32,000 nucleotides of DNA from Coriobacteriia bacterium (GCA_009778715.1 WRFR01000001.1:111428-143427); one strand, 5' to 3'. Shown: positions 1 to 9,900, numbered from the stretch's first letter. Numbers and translations are program-made. The notes: a model not told the origin generated them from the sequence alone.

Positions 1-1844
1 GGACAGCGGCCGACTTTGACGCCGGCGCGATTTAAGACGTATTCCGGCATAACATCGACCGGCGCCGAGGCGACAAGCGCTCTGATCTGATTTTTAATAC
101 GATCGAGGAATGCCTGGGCCCCTCGGTAATAATCCTTTGAGTTGGCAATGGCGTTTAAATCGTGTTCAAGGGCAGCCGTTAGGTGTGTATCAGTAAGCGC
201 GGGATCCAAGACGGTAGCGAGCATGTGCCCAAGCGGTGTTATCCGGTAAGACTTACGCACCTGTTCAAGGTAGCCGTTTTCAATGGTTGACGTGATGATG
301 GTGCTTCGGGTCCGCTCTGTACCGATGCCTTCTGCCCGTTTTAAGTCGGCTTTATACTCTGGGTCATCGATATCGGACGGGTTTTGCATGAACTTCAAAA
401 GCGTTGCGGCGGTAAAGAGCTTCGGAGGCGTTGTTTTGCGCTCAGAGACAGAGAGAACAGGGGCGGAAAGCTTCTGGCCTATCTGTAAGCTCGATATAGC
501 CTCATTAGCAGTTTTGCTGGTATCAGTAGTGTCGCAATGTTTTTCAAAGGCCTTATTTGGGCTTACAATCGCTCGAAATCCGGCCGACCTCACAATAGAG
601 GCCTGAGAGGTAAAAAGATGTTCTCCGATCGCGATTTTGGCCGTGTAGGCGTCATATTCCGCGGCAGCAGAGGTCGCCTGTAAGAGTCGCGTGATGATAA
701 GGCCTGCGATCCGGCGCTGGTTTACCTTGAGTTTGCGAAATACGCCAGGAGATAGAGTAGGCGTTGGAAGCAGCGCTGGATGCGACGCTTTATCGACCGC
801 TTTATCATCGACGATCAGATTAAGACGTGTTGGATCCAGCGTATAGACGCCAGCTAAGCCTTCATACTCAGAGGTGATGTCAGTGATAAGCTCACGCGTT
901 GAGTCGATCATATCGTGTGAGATATAACGGGCTGAGGTACCTGGATAGGTAATAAGCCCTTGCATGTAGAGATCTTCGGCAAGCGACTGGGTAAGTTCAG
1001 GCTCAAAGCCAAACTGCGTAGCGGCGTCTATGGAAAGGTCCGTTAAGTTATAGAGGTGTGGCGGCGCAGTTGACTTGGCCACCTTATCGACCGAAGTAAC
1101 GCTGGCCGCCTGGTCAGCGAGCTCGATGGCCAGAGCGCCAGCCGAGTCCCGGTTGTCCGCATCCATTGTTGTCGTAAAACCTGAGAAGGCGGCGTCGAGC
1201 TTATAGGAGAGCGCCGCAGTGAAGCTTTCATTGTTTGCACACCGACGCGCCACCTGCGCCACTATCCATGACTGGACGCGGCCGACGTGCAAAGTGCGCC
1301 CGTAGAGTACCGAGTAAAGCCTTGTCAGGTTCATCCCGATATACCAGTCTGCACATTGTCGTGCCCGTGCAGCCGCAAGGAGAGCAGAGAAGCGTTCTAT
1401 AGGCAGCAGATTATCAAGGCCGTTGCGTATAGCGCCCGGTTCAAGTGATGAGGTCCAAAAGCGCGATACTGGCATATCGATATCTAATGCCCGATAGATT
1501 AGATCAAAGATTAACTCTCCCTCGCGATCAACGTCTGTGGCCGATATGATGCCCGTAATATCGCCGCGATGAGCAAGCGCATAGATCGTCAGAAAGATCG
1601 ACTTTGTTGCCGCAAGGATCTTAAGCGGAATATCTTCTGGCAAGATAGGGAGCGTTTCAAGCGCCCATGCCTTATAGGTAGCAGGGTCGTACTCATCTGG
1701 CCAGCAGGTACCGACCAGGTGGCCTTGCGCTGCAACAAGCAACAGGTCCGGCGACTCATAGTAGCCGGCAGGATTCCAGGTAGCGCCTACCACATCAGCT
1801 ATGCGCTTGCATACGGAAGATTTTTCAGCAATCAGAAGTTTCAC
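1..1844 (-). CDS. Type IA DNA topoisomerase (topoisomerase III-like); the 3' end is cut by the window edge
   Basis: It is absent from the ORF track because no stop codon falls in the window. Hand translation from the GTG at 1844 gives VKLLIAEKSSV (TOPRIM Glu), ATDVDREGE (DxD), ADWYIGMNLTR, GRVQSW, PPHLYNLTDL and GLITYPGTSARY (active-site Tyr region). The frame is open to position 1. A GTGA overlap links it to the upstream ORF stop. Confidence 0.88.
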   Translation of the reverse strand, partial: MKLLIAEKSSVCKRIADVVGATWNPAGYYESPDLLLVAAQGHLVGTCWPDEYDPATYKAWALETLPILPEDIPLKILAATKSIFLTIYALAHRGDITGIISATDVDREGELIFDLIYRALDIDMPVSRFWTSSLEPGAIRNGLDNLLPIERFSALLAAARARQCADWYIGMNLTRLYSVLYGRTLHVGRVQSWIVAQVARRCANNESFTAALSYKLDAAFSGFTTTMDADNRDSAGALAIELADQAASVTSVDKVAKSTAPPHLYNLTDLSIDAATQFGFEPELTQSLAEDLYMQGLITYPGTSARYISHDMIDSTRELITDITSEYEGLAGVYTLDPTRLNLIVDDKAVDKASHPALLPTPTLSPGVFRKLKVNQRRIAGLIITRLLQATSAAAEYDAYTAKIAIGEHLFTSQASIVRSAGFRAIVSPNKAFEKHCDTTDTSKTANEAISSLQIGQKLSAPVLSVSERKTTPPKLFTAATLLKFMQNPSDIDDPEYKADLKRAEGIGTERTRSTIITSTIENGYLEQVRKSYRITPLGHMLATVLDPALTDTHLTAALEHDLNAIANSKDYYRGAQAFLDRIKNQIRALVASAPVDVMPEYVLNRAGVKVGRC

Positions 1845-2008
1845 TCGTTTGACTTTTCTATCCGTGCGCCACAGTATGGGCAATAGAGCCAATCGTGGTT
1901 GTCGATATTAAGCACTTTATCGGACACAATGCCATACTTAATAACGGCACATTGATGGCTGCGCACTGCGCTCTCAAAGTTTTTGAGTACTCGTTCTACT
2001 TCAGTCAT
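1841..2008 (-). CDS. Small 55-aa protein with an HxC...CxxC pattern (possible zinc ribbon), function unknown
   Basis: Hand translation gives MTEVERVLKNFESAVRSHQCAVIKYGIVSDKVLNIDNHDWLYCPYCGARIEKSNE. Its ATG overlaps the MTase stop (ATGA) and its stop overlaps the topoisomerase GTG, so it fits the coupled gene train. It is below the track length cutoff. Confidence 0.45.
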   Translation of the reverse strand: MTEVERVLKNFESAVRSHQCAVIKYGIVSDKVLNIDNHDWLYCPYCGARIEKSNE

Positions 2009-2913
2009 TGCTCTATCCTTTCAATTTCTGCGATCGCCTCAAAGATCGGATATATCTGCTGAGGAACAATCGCATTGCCTAAGCATCTAAGTCTGTCCAC
2101 CCGAGCGGAAACCCCATGAGCCATTCGACCCACGTCGGGTTCAGCTGCCCACCGATTTGATCGTTGAGATTGCGGGTCTTGGAAGGATCCTCGAAGCGAT
2201 CTCTTCGGCCCGTCCTGTAGTCCCTGGCCTGAGGCGTGGCAAACATCTTCACATAGGCTGGAAGGCATGGTGAGTGCCTTCTCATGTCGCTTGCTCCTCC
2301 GCTGCGCTTGCAGTCCGAGGCACTCGGCGTCGGAAACAGCTTGACTGCTCCGCTCAGTGTCAGTATCGGCTTGCTGTGATCGCCCCCGCTGTATTGATAG
2401 TCGCCGCGTTCGTTTGAGCGAGGCGTTGGCCACAATAAAACAGCGCTGGCGTTCTTGCGGGGCCGAGACACTGCAAGCTGGAAGTACAAATGCCCGAGCT
2501 TCGTAGTCAGCGGCTTCCAGGTCAGATAACGAGCGATCGAGGCCCATCTTGACGAAGCGAGCAACATTTTCTCCAATGACCCAATCGGGCCTGAGTTCCT
2601 GGATAACTCTAAACATTTCTGGCCAGAGGTAGCGGTCATCATCGAAGCCTCTACGCTTCCCGGCGCTACTGAAAGGTTGGCAAGGAAAGCCCCCACTGAT
2701 AACGGTAGCTGTGTGTAAGCCTGTTGCTTCATAGTAAGTCTCTTTCGTAAGTGTTCGGATGTCTCCGAAGTTCGGAACATCCGGCCAGTGTTTGGCATGG
2801 ACGCGACTGACATAGTCGTCAGTGTCGCAAGAACCGACATTTACAAAGCCAGCCCACTCAGCGGCCATATCAGCTCCGCCGATGCCAGAGAATAGTGAGA
2901 GGTGCGTTAACAT
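2005..2913 (-). CDS. DNA (cytosine-5)-methyltransferase, phage/ICE type, orphan
   Basis: Motif I is LFSGIGG, motif IV is GGFPCQPFS, motif VI is GENV and motif VIII is APQERQRCFIV. The C-terminus reads EPDVGRMAHGVSARVDRLRCLGNAIVPQ (motifs IX/X). The stretch between VIII and IX is low-complexity and R/S/Q-rich. Confidence 0.9.
   Translation of the reverse strand: MLTHLSLFSGIGGADMAAEWAGFVNVGSCDTDDYVSRVHAKHWPDVPNFGDIRTLTKETYYEATGLHTATVISGGFPCQPFSSAGKRRGFDDDRYLWPEMFRVIQELRPDWVIGENVARFVKMGLDRSLSDLEAADYEARAFVLPACSVSAPQERQRCFIVANASLKRTRRLSIQRGRSQQADTDTERSSQAVSDAECLGLQAQRRSKRHEKALTMPSSLCEDVCHASGQGLQDGPKRSLRGSFQDPQSQRSNRWAAEPDVGRMAHGVSARVDRLRCLGNAIVPQQIYPIFEAIAEIERIEQ
2079..2642 (-). CDS. Candidate overlapping ORF in an alternative frame of the C5-MTase gene (PTP-repeat / EWLMGFPxGWT protein). 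The frame is open up to 2840.
   Basis: The track lists a 253-aa ORF at 2079..2840, offset by one nt from the MTase frame. An internal ATGATG at 2642 is preceded by AGAGG 5 nt upstream. The translation reads KCLELSRNSGPIGSLEKMLL..SRWAS..LTWKP..LYFQLAVS..LLWPTP..LFPTPSASD..MFATPQARD..LNPTWVEWLMGFPLGWTDL. This looks like a real protein rather than off-frame noise. Expression is unproven. Confidence 0.35.
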   Translation of the reverse strand: MMTATSGQKCLELSRNSGPIGSLEKMLLASSRWASIARYLTWKPLTTKLGHLYFQLAVSRPRKNASAVLLWPTPRSNERGDYQYSGGDHSKPILTLSGAVKLFPTPSASDCKRSGGASDMRRHSPCLPAYVKMFATPQARDYRTGRRDRFEDPSKTRNLNDQIGGQLNPTWVEWLMGFPLGWTDLDA

Positions 2914-3461
2914 TTAGTACCACCATCCTCAAAATAAAGATGTTCTTGTCGCAACAATGGATCTATGCGTCCAGGTGATATCTCACAGCCATCAACACTA
3001 ATCGTTGAAGACAGCGATGGGCGAAACACCACAACAGCCGACGGAAACGGAGCGCTTGCTTTCGCATTGCTAAACTTAAGCCGACCGCGTATAAAGGTCA
3101 CTTGAGCATTCGGGTTGCCAAATATGTAGTCATGCCAATACCTCGTCTCAGTGCGTGCTGGAATAAGCATCACAATAGTGGCCCCACTCTTTGACTCTTC
3201 CGCTGCCTTTGCTACCCACTTGTCTATCTGGCGACCATAAGGAGGGTTTACCCAGACAGGACCGTAGCCGGTCCATGGCAACGCCAGCGCGTCTTTTTCC
3301 TCGTCAAAGTACACCGGGCACTTATGGTTTTCAGCAGAGGCTGCCGCATCAAGCCTGAAGTGATAGATCTCGTCAAGCGCGTTAAAGAAATCCTGGGGAG
3401 TTTCCCACTCATTGGAGTTCGATGACATGTACACACTTTTATTAATCATCAGCGGCCACAC
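2907..3461 (-). CDS. DNA N6-adenine methyltransferase, phage Dam family, orphan
   Basis: The sequence contains NEWETPQDFFNALDEIYHFRLDAAAS and the catalytic NPPY (VWVNPPYGRQ). The GTG at 3461 follows GGAGGG and overlaps the upstream stop (TAGTG). Alternative ATG starts lie at 3449 and 3428. Confidence 0.85.
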   Translation of the reverse strand: MWPLMINKSVYMSSNSNEWETPQDFFNALDEIYHFRLDAAASAENHKCPVYFDEEKDALALPWTGYGPVWVNPPYGRQIDKWVAKAAEESKSGATIVMLIPARTETRYWHDYIFGNPNAQVTFIRGRLKFSNAKASAPFPSAVVVFRPSLSSTISVDGCEISPGRIDPLLRQEHLYFEDGGTKC

Positions 3462-4429
3462 TACCCTCCGAGGATGTTTTTAGCTAGAGATCCCGCGCCA
3501 GCGATAACGGCGATATCGGCGACAAAGATACTGAGCATCTTAAGTACCGGCAAGATTAGCGTTGTGTTTTGGATCGCAGAGCCAACATCAACAGTAAGGC
3601 CGCCAGACCAGGCAAGCGCCGGGAGCAAACACAGCGCCAAAATGGCTATCGCAAACGAAAGAATAAGCGAGGAGAAATATGTCACAAAGTTTTTCGTTTG
3701 TGGGCGCGTTGTCTCAGATGCGTAGAGCGCCATAGGGATTGATCCAAACGCGGCGCAGAAGTACAGCTTGATAAACCGCACGACAGAGGTGACATAGACC
3801 ACGCAAAAGCCAATTATGACAGCGACCGCCATAATGATGGCATAGATTAAGCCGAGGGTCAGGGTAGAGGGGTCGGCGCCGGTAAAGTTGCCGGCGATGG
3901 TAAGCGTGTCATTGCTTGAGCCTACGATGCCCAGTATTCCTTGATACGTCTGAGTGCTGTAAGAGGCATGGTTAAAGGGATTAGTGTAGGTAAGATAATG
4001 GCCGTTTGGCATCTTACCCGTGATAATAACCTGCCCGATCGACCAGGCGAACTGGATAATGTAGGGCCAACAAAACACGAGGATGAGCAACACGAACCAA
4101 GTAAGGAAAAAGATAATAAGTTCGCTCTGCATCATATCTGGTTTTGATGTGTCGTAGAGCTGAGACTTTTGCTGCCATTCAGTAGCTTTAACGCCAAACA
4201 CGATAAGCAAGACGACTACCGCTACTGGCATCACAGCATACGTGTTGATTTTTATCATGAGATCCCAGATATTACCGTTTTGTCCCAGGGCTTGCTGAAG
4301 TGGCTGGGTGAGTATTGAGTTCTTGACAAGATCAGTAAGGACGGTTTGCGCCGTTTTGATATACCACGCGATCAGAGGCGTGATAAGATTGCTGAGGAAA
4401 TCCGTTATGCCCTGGGTGATAAACGACAT
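3461..4429 (-). CDS. Polytopic membrane protein, VirB6/TcpH-like T4SS channel component
   Basis: The 322-aa protein has multiple hydrophobic helices. It sits in the T4SS gene train, with an ATGA-type overlap to the upstream gene. The assignment rests on topology and position only. Confidence 0.6.
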   Translation of the reverse strand: MSFITQGITDFLSNLITPLIAWYIKTAQTVLTDLVKNSILTQPLQQALGQNGNIWDLMIKINTYAVMPVAVVVLLIVFGVKATEWQQKSQLYDTSKPDMMQSELIIFFLTWFVLLILVFCWPYIIQFAWSIGQVIITGKMPNGHYLTYTNPFNHASYSTQTYQGILGIVGSSNDTLTIAGNFTGADPSTLTLGLIYAIIMAVAVIIGFCVVYVTSVVRFIKLYFCAAFGSIPMALYASETTRPQTKNFVTYFSSLILSFAIAILALCLLPALAWSGGLTVDVGSAIQNTTLILPVLKMLSIFVADIAVIAGAGSLAKNILGG

Positions 4430-5331
4430 CAGAAATCGCCGCCATCGTCGGCAGTAAGCGTTTTAGTAGCCCTGTTATAGACAAGAGCAGCACGGATAGA
4501 TTTTGAGTTGAGCTGCCCAGTAAAAAGCGATACAAACTGGTTTTGCACTGGGTCATAGTGCACCTTGCCAGACCAGGTAACGTCGTCAAGAGTTGGATAA
4601 ATGGACTTGATATATGACGTAAGAGTAGATTTTGCCTTGGCGGCAGTGATACCGGGCATAAGCGCAAGATAGTTGATCGTGGCGGTCGCGGTAGGCTCGA
4701 AAGACTCTATCTGAAAAGCCTCAGCGGAATTAGGATCGACCAGCAGCGCACTATAGGTGGCAGAGGCGATAAACGCCTTGCTCGAAATGTGGTAGAACCC
4801 GTCACTCCCGTTTGTAATAGTAAGATTTACAGGGGCATACTGTCCGGCGAGCTCGATGGTCGCCTTAAGTTTTGCGTCACCTTGCGCTGAAAGCGTTTTC
4901 AAGGTGTAGTGGGTAGGAGGCAGCGCGTTATGCGTCTTCGTGTTCGTTTCAGTGAGCGTAGTAGGGGTAGCAGAGAGCTTGAAGGACTTGTCCTTAGATG
5001 TCCAAGCGGCTTTCGTAAGTATCGTCATCCACGACTGATAGAGCGCCGTCTGCTCTGTCTTATCGCCGACGCCTTCAATAATGACTGAGGCCGGAGGTGT
5101 GGTAGTCGAGTCCAGGCTATCGGAGGCCTTAGCGCGATCCTTCTGTGCAGAAACTGGCGTCGGCCGGCGCGGAGATGGGTGCAACGCTGTGCTCACAATC
5201 TTGAAGCTAACAAACGCGATCGTAACTATAACCAAAATGATGAGGAGTATCAGCACGATTCGATTCAGTATCGTGAGACGGCCCCACATTCTACCGAGTT
5301 TCCTTTTAAGCGGTTCCTTCATGGCAATCAT
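4429..5331 (-). CDS. Membrane-anchored conjugation protein (TcpC/VirB8-like by topology and position)
   Basis: The 300-aa protein has a single N-terminal TM (LTILNRIVLILLIILVIVTIAFVSF), followed by an S/T/P-rich linker and a soluble domain. It lies between the hydrolase and the VirB6-like gene. Confidence 0.55.
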   Translation of the reverse strand: MIAMKEPLKRKLGRMWGRLTILNRIVLILLIILVIVTIAFVSFKIVSTALHPSPRRPTPVSAQKDRAKASDSLDSTTTPPASVIIEGVGDKTEQTALYQSWMTILTKAAWTSKDKSFKLSATPTTLTETNTKTHNALPPTHYTLKTLSAQGDAKLKATIELAGQYAPVNLTITNGSDGFYHISSKAFIASATYSALLVDPNSAEAFQIESFEPTATATINYLALMPGITAAKAKSTLTSYIKSIYPTLDDVTWSGKVHYDPVQNQFVSLFTGQLNSKSIRAALVYNRATKTLTADDGGDF

Positions 5332-5339
5332 TCCTCTCT

Positions 5340-6962
5340 CTACTGCACCGTCACGCGGCCGTAGCCCACAATGACTTCAAGCACTCCGTTATTTTGAAAA
5401 CTTTGATACAGCGGCACTTCATTGACGCCCTCCGCCGGGTCGGCCGCCTGCACAAGTTGGTTGCTACCGATATAGATAGCGACATGTTCTATGGTGGAAG
5501 GATCTGTAGGGTCGCTACCCCAAAATATAAGATCTCCGGGCTGGAGTTCTGCGGCCGTGATTCGCTGAGTTGCGTTATATTGCGCCGCTGAGTTGTGCGG
5601 CAGCGTGATCCCGTAGACCTGGTTATAGGTCCAACACACAAGCCCCGAACAATCAAACGTATCCGGGCCCGCAGCGCCCCACACATACGGTTTTCCTACT
5701 TGCGCAAGCGCAAGCGCCACGACGCCGTTTGAAGCGCCGGTCAGCTGCGCGTAATAGTCTTGAGCGTATCCTTGGCGCGTAGGTAGGCTACTATCACCCG
5801 GGCGTTCATAGTTATAAAAAACATAAGCAGTTGCTGCATCTAAGTCGGTCAGGGCATTGAAACTGGCAAAGTCCATCTCACGCGAAGCATAAGGTGCCGC
5901 AGAGCCAGTTCCTGTGATCTCGGCCAGCATATAATCAAGCTGAATGTAAATATCGCTAAAAGGTTTACCTTGTGAAGCTGCGTAGTCTCGTAGCCCTTGA
6001 GCGCGACCCTGATACCATTGCACAATGCCGGTAGCTCCAATTGAATTGGTGTCAGTCGGATCCATACCCGATTCTTGTTTCAGGTTGCCCATTATGGCAG
6101 CTGTATGTAGCGCGTCAAATCCATGAGACATAAGATAGTTGGCCACAATCGCCTCGTTGCCAGTAAGCGATCCGGCATTTTGCTGGCCGTTAGCGGCGCC
6201 TACAATTCCAATGAGGATAATGGCCACCACAGCCAATACCGCGATGATAGCAACGACAAGCGCCCCTACGCCGAGAACAGCGCCGAGGCCAGCAGAGGTA
6301 GCGCCTGAAGCTGTGCCAGAGGCAGCAGCAGTCGCGCTACCGGACGCGCTGCTTGCGGCGGCAACCGTGCTGGTTGCCTCCATAGTTGATGCTGTTGTCG
6401 CGGCCCCTTCAATAGCGATCGCGCCATCTGTAGCTTCGGCCATAGCTAAAGTATCAGCGGCACCGTAAGCGGCATCAGCGGAGCCTGCGGTAGCGGCCGA
6501 CGTCTCAGGTCCGGCACCGGCGCCGAGCCGGTTAATAAGTGAGTGGCCATAGCTCAAACCTTGCTGACCATAGGTGGCGCTTTGATAAAGACTTTGTGAG
6601 TCTTCATCGTCGCCGGCCAGAAACGATACGGCTACCACGTCAGCTATTCGACGTTTACCAAAATTGACTGCTCGATTTTTCTGTTTGGCAATCTGGCGCT
6701 TGACAAAACCACCTTGAGCAACAATATCTTCGGCTTCATTATTTGTGCCAGAGGCGGCTAGAAAGCCGCCAGGCATTGAACTGTCAAGCTCAAGGTCAGG
6801 CATAGAAGTGCCCGCATCTGAGGTAAACATCTCAGCGAAGTTCACCTCAGCAAGCCCGGTAAGCCCTTCGAGCTCATCAGGCCCGGAGGATTGCGTCGGG
6901 AAGAAGATATCGTGGCTAAGGCCTCTCTCTTCAAGTGCTTGTTCGAGCGCGTCGTCAGACAT
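5340..6962 (-). CDS. Conjugation-associated bifunctional peptidoglycan hydrolase (lysozyme-like domain plus NlpC/P60)
   Basis: An A/S/T-rich low-complexity stretch and a central TM are followed by AAIMGNLKQESGMDPT..GIVQW (phage-tail-lysozyme/transglycosylase-like). The C-terminus reads GKPYVWGAAGPDTFDCSGLV..IEHVAIYIG (NlpC/P60 Cys-His). Confidence 0.85.
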   Translation of the reverse strand: MSDDALEQALEERGLSHDIFFPTQSSGPDELEGLTGLAEVNFAEMFTSDAGTSMPDLELDSSMPGGFLAASGTNNEAEDIVAQGGFVKRQIAKQKNRAVNFGKRRIADVVAVSFLAGDDEDSQSLYQSATYGQQGLSYGHSLINRLGAGAGPETSAATAGSADAAYGAADTLAMAEATDGAIAIEGAATTASTMEATSTVAAASSASGSATAAASGTASGATSAGLGAVLGVGALVVAIIAVLAVVAIILIGIVGAANGQQNAGSLTGNEAIVANYLMSHGFDALHTAAIMGNLKQESGMDPTDTNSIGATGIVQWYQGRAQGLRDYAASQGKPFSDIYIQLDYMLAEITGTGSAAPYASREMDFASFNALTDLDAATAYVFYNYERPGDSSLPTRQGYAQDYYAQLTGASNGVVALALAQVGKPYVWGAAGPDTFDCSGLVCWTYNQVYGITLPHNSAAQYNATQRITAAELQPGDLIFWGSDPTDPSTIEHVAIYIGSNQLVQAADPAEGVNEVPLYQSFQNNGVLEVIVGYGRVTVQ

Positions 6963-6966
6963 GTTG

Positions 6967-9900
6967 TTATGCCCTTATTCCAGCGGCAATAGCTGCGGCC
7001 TCACGCTCAGCTGCACGCGCGGCGGCCTCACGCTCTCCTGGATCGGTAGAGAACAGCTTATAGGTCTCAGAGTTCTTTTCCTCGTCGCTAAAGGTGTTAT
7101 TGATATGAACGATAACGTCATTGAACTTCGCTACAGCGACGCCTTGCGGGGCGGCGAGCAGCAAGTTGGCGTCTGTTTCTGAAAGATGAAGACGTGTGAC
7201 AAGCCCCTCAGTGTCCTTGTCACCAAACAGATCAAGGTCGGCTTGCTGATACATAATCACCGAGGCACTATCAGAAAGTATGTGCTTTAAGATCGGGTGC
7301 TCAAGAAGGTGTGCGGCATTTTGAGTGATTCCACAGGGGATAAGCCCGAAACTGCGACCCTCGAACCAGAACTTACGGGCATACTCAAGAGCGGTGGGGG
7401 AGTCGCCTACTTTATGAAACTCGTCGATATAGACATACGTCTCATAGCCGTGTGCCTGGTTATAGAGAAGCAGATTCCAAATTTGCATTAGCACAACGAG
7501 CATGCCGAAAACTTTCAGCGATGGGTCAAGCTCTGATATATCAAAATCGATCAGGCGCGCCGAGAGATCGACGTTTGTGTGATGAGCAAAAACGTCCAGT
7601 GCGCCTTCTGCAAAGATAGAGAAGTCATCAGCAAGGTCCAGCGCTTTTGAGGATGGATCCCGCCGGACGTTTTCATAGAACTCAAGCAGCGTGGGCATAG
7701 CCTCAGCAACGCCGTAGTTTTCTTTTTTGAGCTGGTCATAGCAGGCCTTAATGGCACGCGATATGATGCCCTGTTGAGCGTTAGAAAGCGTCTCGCCGGG
7801 CCTTGCCGCTACTGTTGACAAAATATAGATCAAGTCAGCGGTTCTCGATGTGATAGGATCACGACCGGCGACCTGATAGTAGGATGGTATATCGAAAGGA
7901 TTGATATGTTCGGTACTGTCAGCGGTACCATGCCAAATGGTGCCGCCCCAACGCTCTACCAGAGGGTTGAATTCATGGTTTTTCGTGTCAAGAATATAGA
8001 CACGGGCTCGTGGCTGGCGCATGAGAACGCCGCTTACCTCGACATCGACCCCGAAAGTTTTTCCGAATCCCGGCTTACCGAAAACCATCTCTGAGCGGTT
8101 GTTCGAGTTGCGGCGATCGTAGGTAATAAGGTCGCCGGTTTCCTTGACGCGGCCATAAAAGATGCCGCCTGGCTCCTGTACTTTCGTGTTGGTAAAGGGC
8201 ATGAATATGGCGGCCTCATAAGAAAGGAAAGCGCGATTGAGCTCTACCATATCGTTGCCAGTAGGTAGCATTGTGTTAAAGGCCTGAAGCTGCTGGCCAG
8301 AAAGTGGCGCGATGTTTTGGCGCGATTGATGAGTTTTCGCTTGCAGAGTAAAACGATTGGTATTTAGCTCTTCAAGCGTGTCGCCATAGATACAGAGTAA
8401 AAGGGTTCCCAAAAACAAGTTCTGATCCTTTTGCTCCATGGCGTCTATCTGTTCATTGACTTGCTTTATACGGTTTTGCATGAACGGAGTTACGGCCATT
8501 GAAGGCAGCACGCCATGCGTTGAGTAGTCCTGCATGTTCTTACCGATACGCGAATCCATGTTGCGGAGTTTGCTATACAGTTCGGCCGTGGCTTCGGTGT
8601 TATCGATAGCCGTAAAAGTTAGCGTGGCCGCCATCGGAATATCAAGGTTAAAGATATCTGAGAGAATGGTGTCTTTTGGCCGACGAGGAAGGCCACCCTT
8701 GTTCGGCCAATAGAGCGCCTGGGCGTACTTATCGCCAGCCATAAAGATACGCTTATCGCCGCCGGGGTAGAAGTCGTAGCCACCGATAGGCGCGAGATAA
8801 TCTTTCGCATCCAGTCCGGCGAGATCAGCCATCGTGAAGTTATAGTCCTCCGGCACTTCTCCGGGCGCCGTGTACTTAAGCATTACTTTAAGGCGTTCTA
8901 CGCCATCAAGTACGCGCGGGTTGGCACGGATAAGTTCAAGCTTTTCTGAGGCAAGCCGTACCGCCTGGGCAAGCAGTGGTCGCGCCTCTTCAAGGGTATA
9001 GGCCGTAACCGCAATAGTGAGGTATCGATACCTCTTGACGTTATGCTGGGTTTCGGAAAGCGCTGTCTGAAGTCGTGCGTTGTCCTCGTCGGCAAAGACC
9101 TGCATATCCGCCTGATCTTGATCTGGGGCCTTAAACTCTTCAAAAAGCTCTCCGCGTGTCACAGGTTCATTGATGATATGGACCTTGAAGCGCGTACCCG
9201 GCATGAATCCGTTGTATAGCGCAATGAGTGTGTTATAAATATAGGCCTGATCATGTTCGCGATTGTAAAGGTAGTTCACGTCGTCAAAGGCAACAAGGCG
9301 ACTGAAGACGCAATCCCCGTCATGGCTGATCCCATCAGGCAAAACATTACGGAAGTAAAGGCAGCCTTGTGCCGTGTTGGCACGCAGAAGCGCGCGCTCC
9401 TCATAGTCACGCGCCAGATCTGTGAAGTCGTCATCAGAAAGAGCGGTAAGCTTTGCTACCTCATCGCCGACCGGATCAGTGACCTCATCCGGCGTTTCAG
9501 GCGTAGTGTCGGCGGTCGCGTTGTTGCTTTGAGGCTCTGGTAGCTTCTTATCGTCACGCGCAAGGTCTACGGGGCCTATATCAGAGGAGGTTTCAAGCGC
9601 TGCTATCTCACAAGCAACCGGAGCAAGCGCTGCATCCGGCATCTGAAGGGCACTCTCGCTATCGCTATCCACGTTCGTACTTAGTAGCGCTGTCGCGATC
9701 GGTTGCGCGGATATATCGGGCTTTAAGGGCTCTGGTGTCGTGACCTCATCGCTGGCCACGGTTGTGTATTGTGGCTCTGAACTCTCTGGTTGCCTGTATA
9801 TATCGGGCTTTAAGGGCATCGATGGGGCGGCCTCATAGCTGGGCAGCTCGATGGCTTCATCTAACATCTCAGGCGCCGTCGTTTCGCTGCTCGTGTTGCG

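Noticed and set aside
6139-7182. Plus-strand ORFs (109 aa and 145 aa) over the hydrolase/VirB4 junction
   Set aside because: These are Ala/Pro/Ser-rich antisense readings of low-complexity coding sequence. They have no start context and both overlap well-supported genes.
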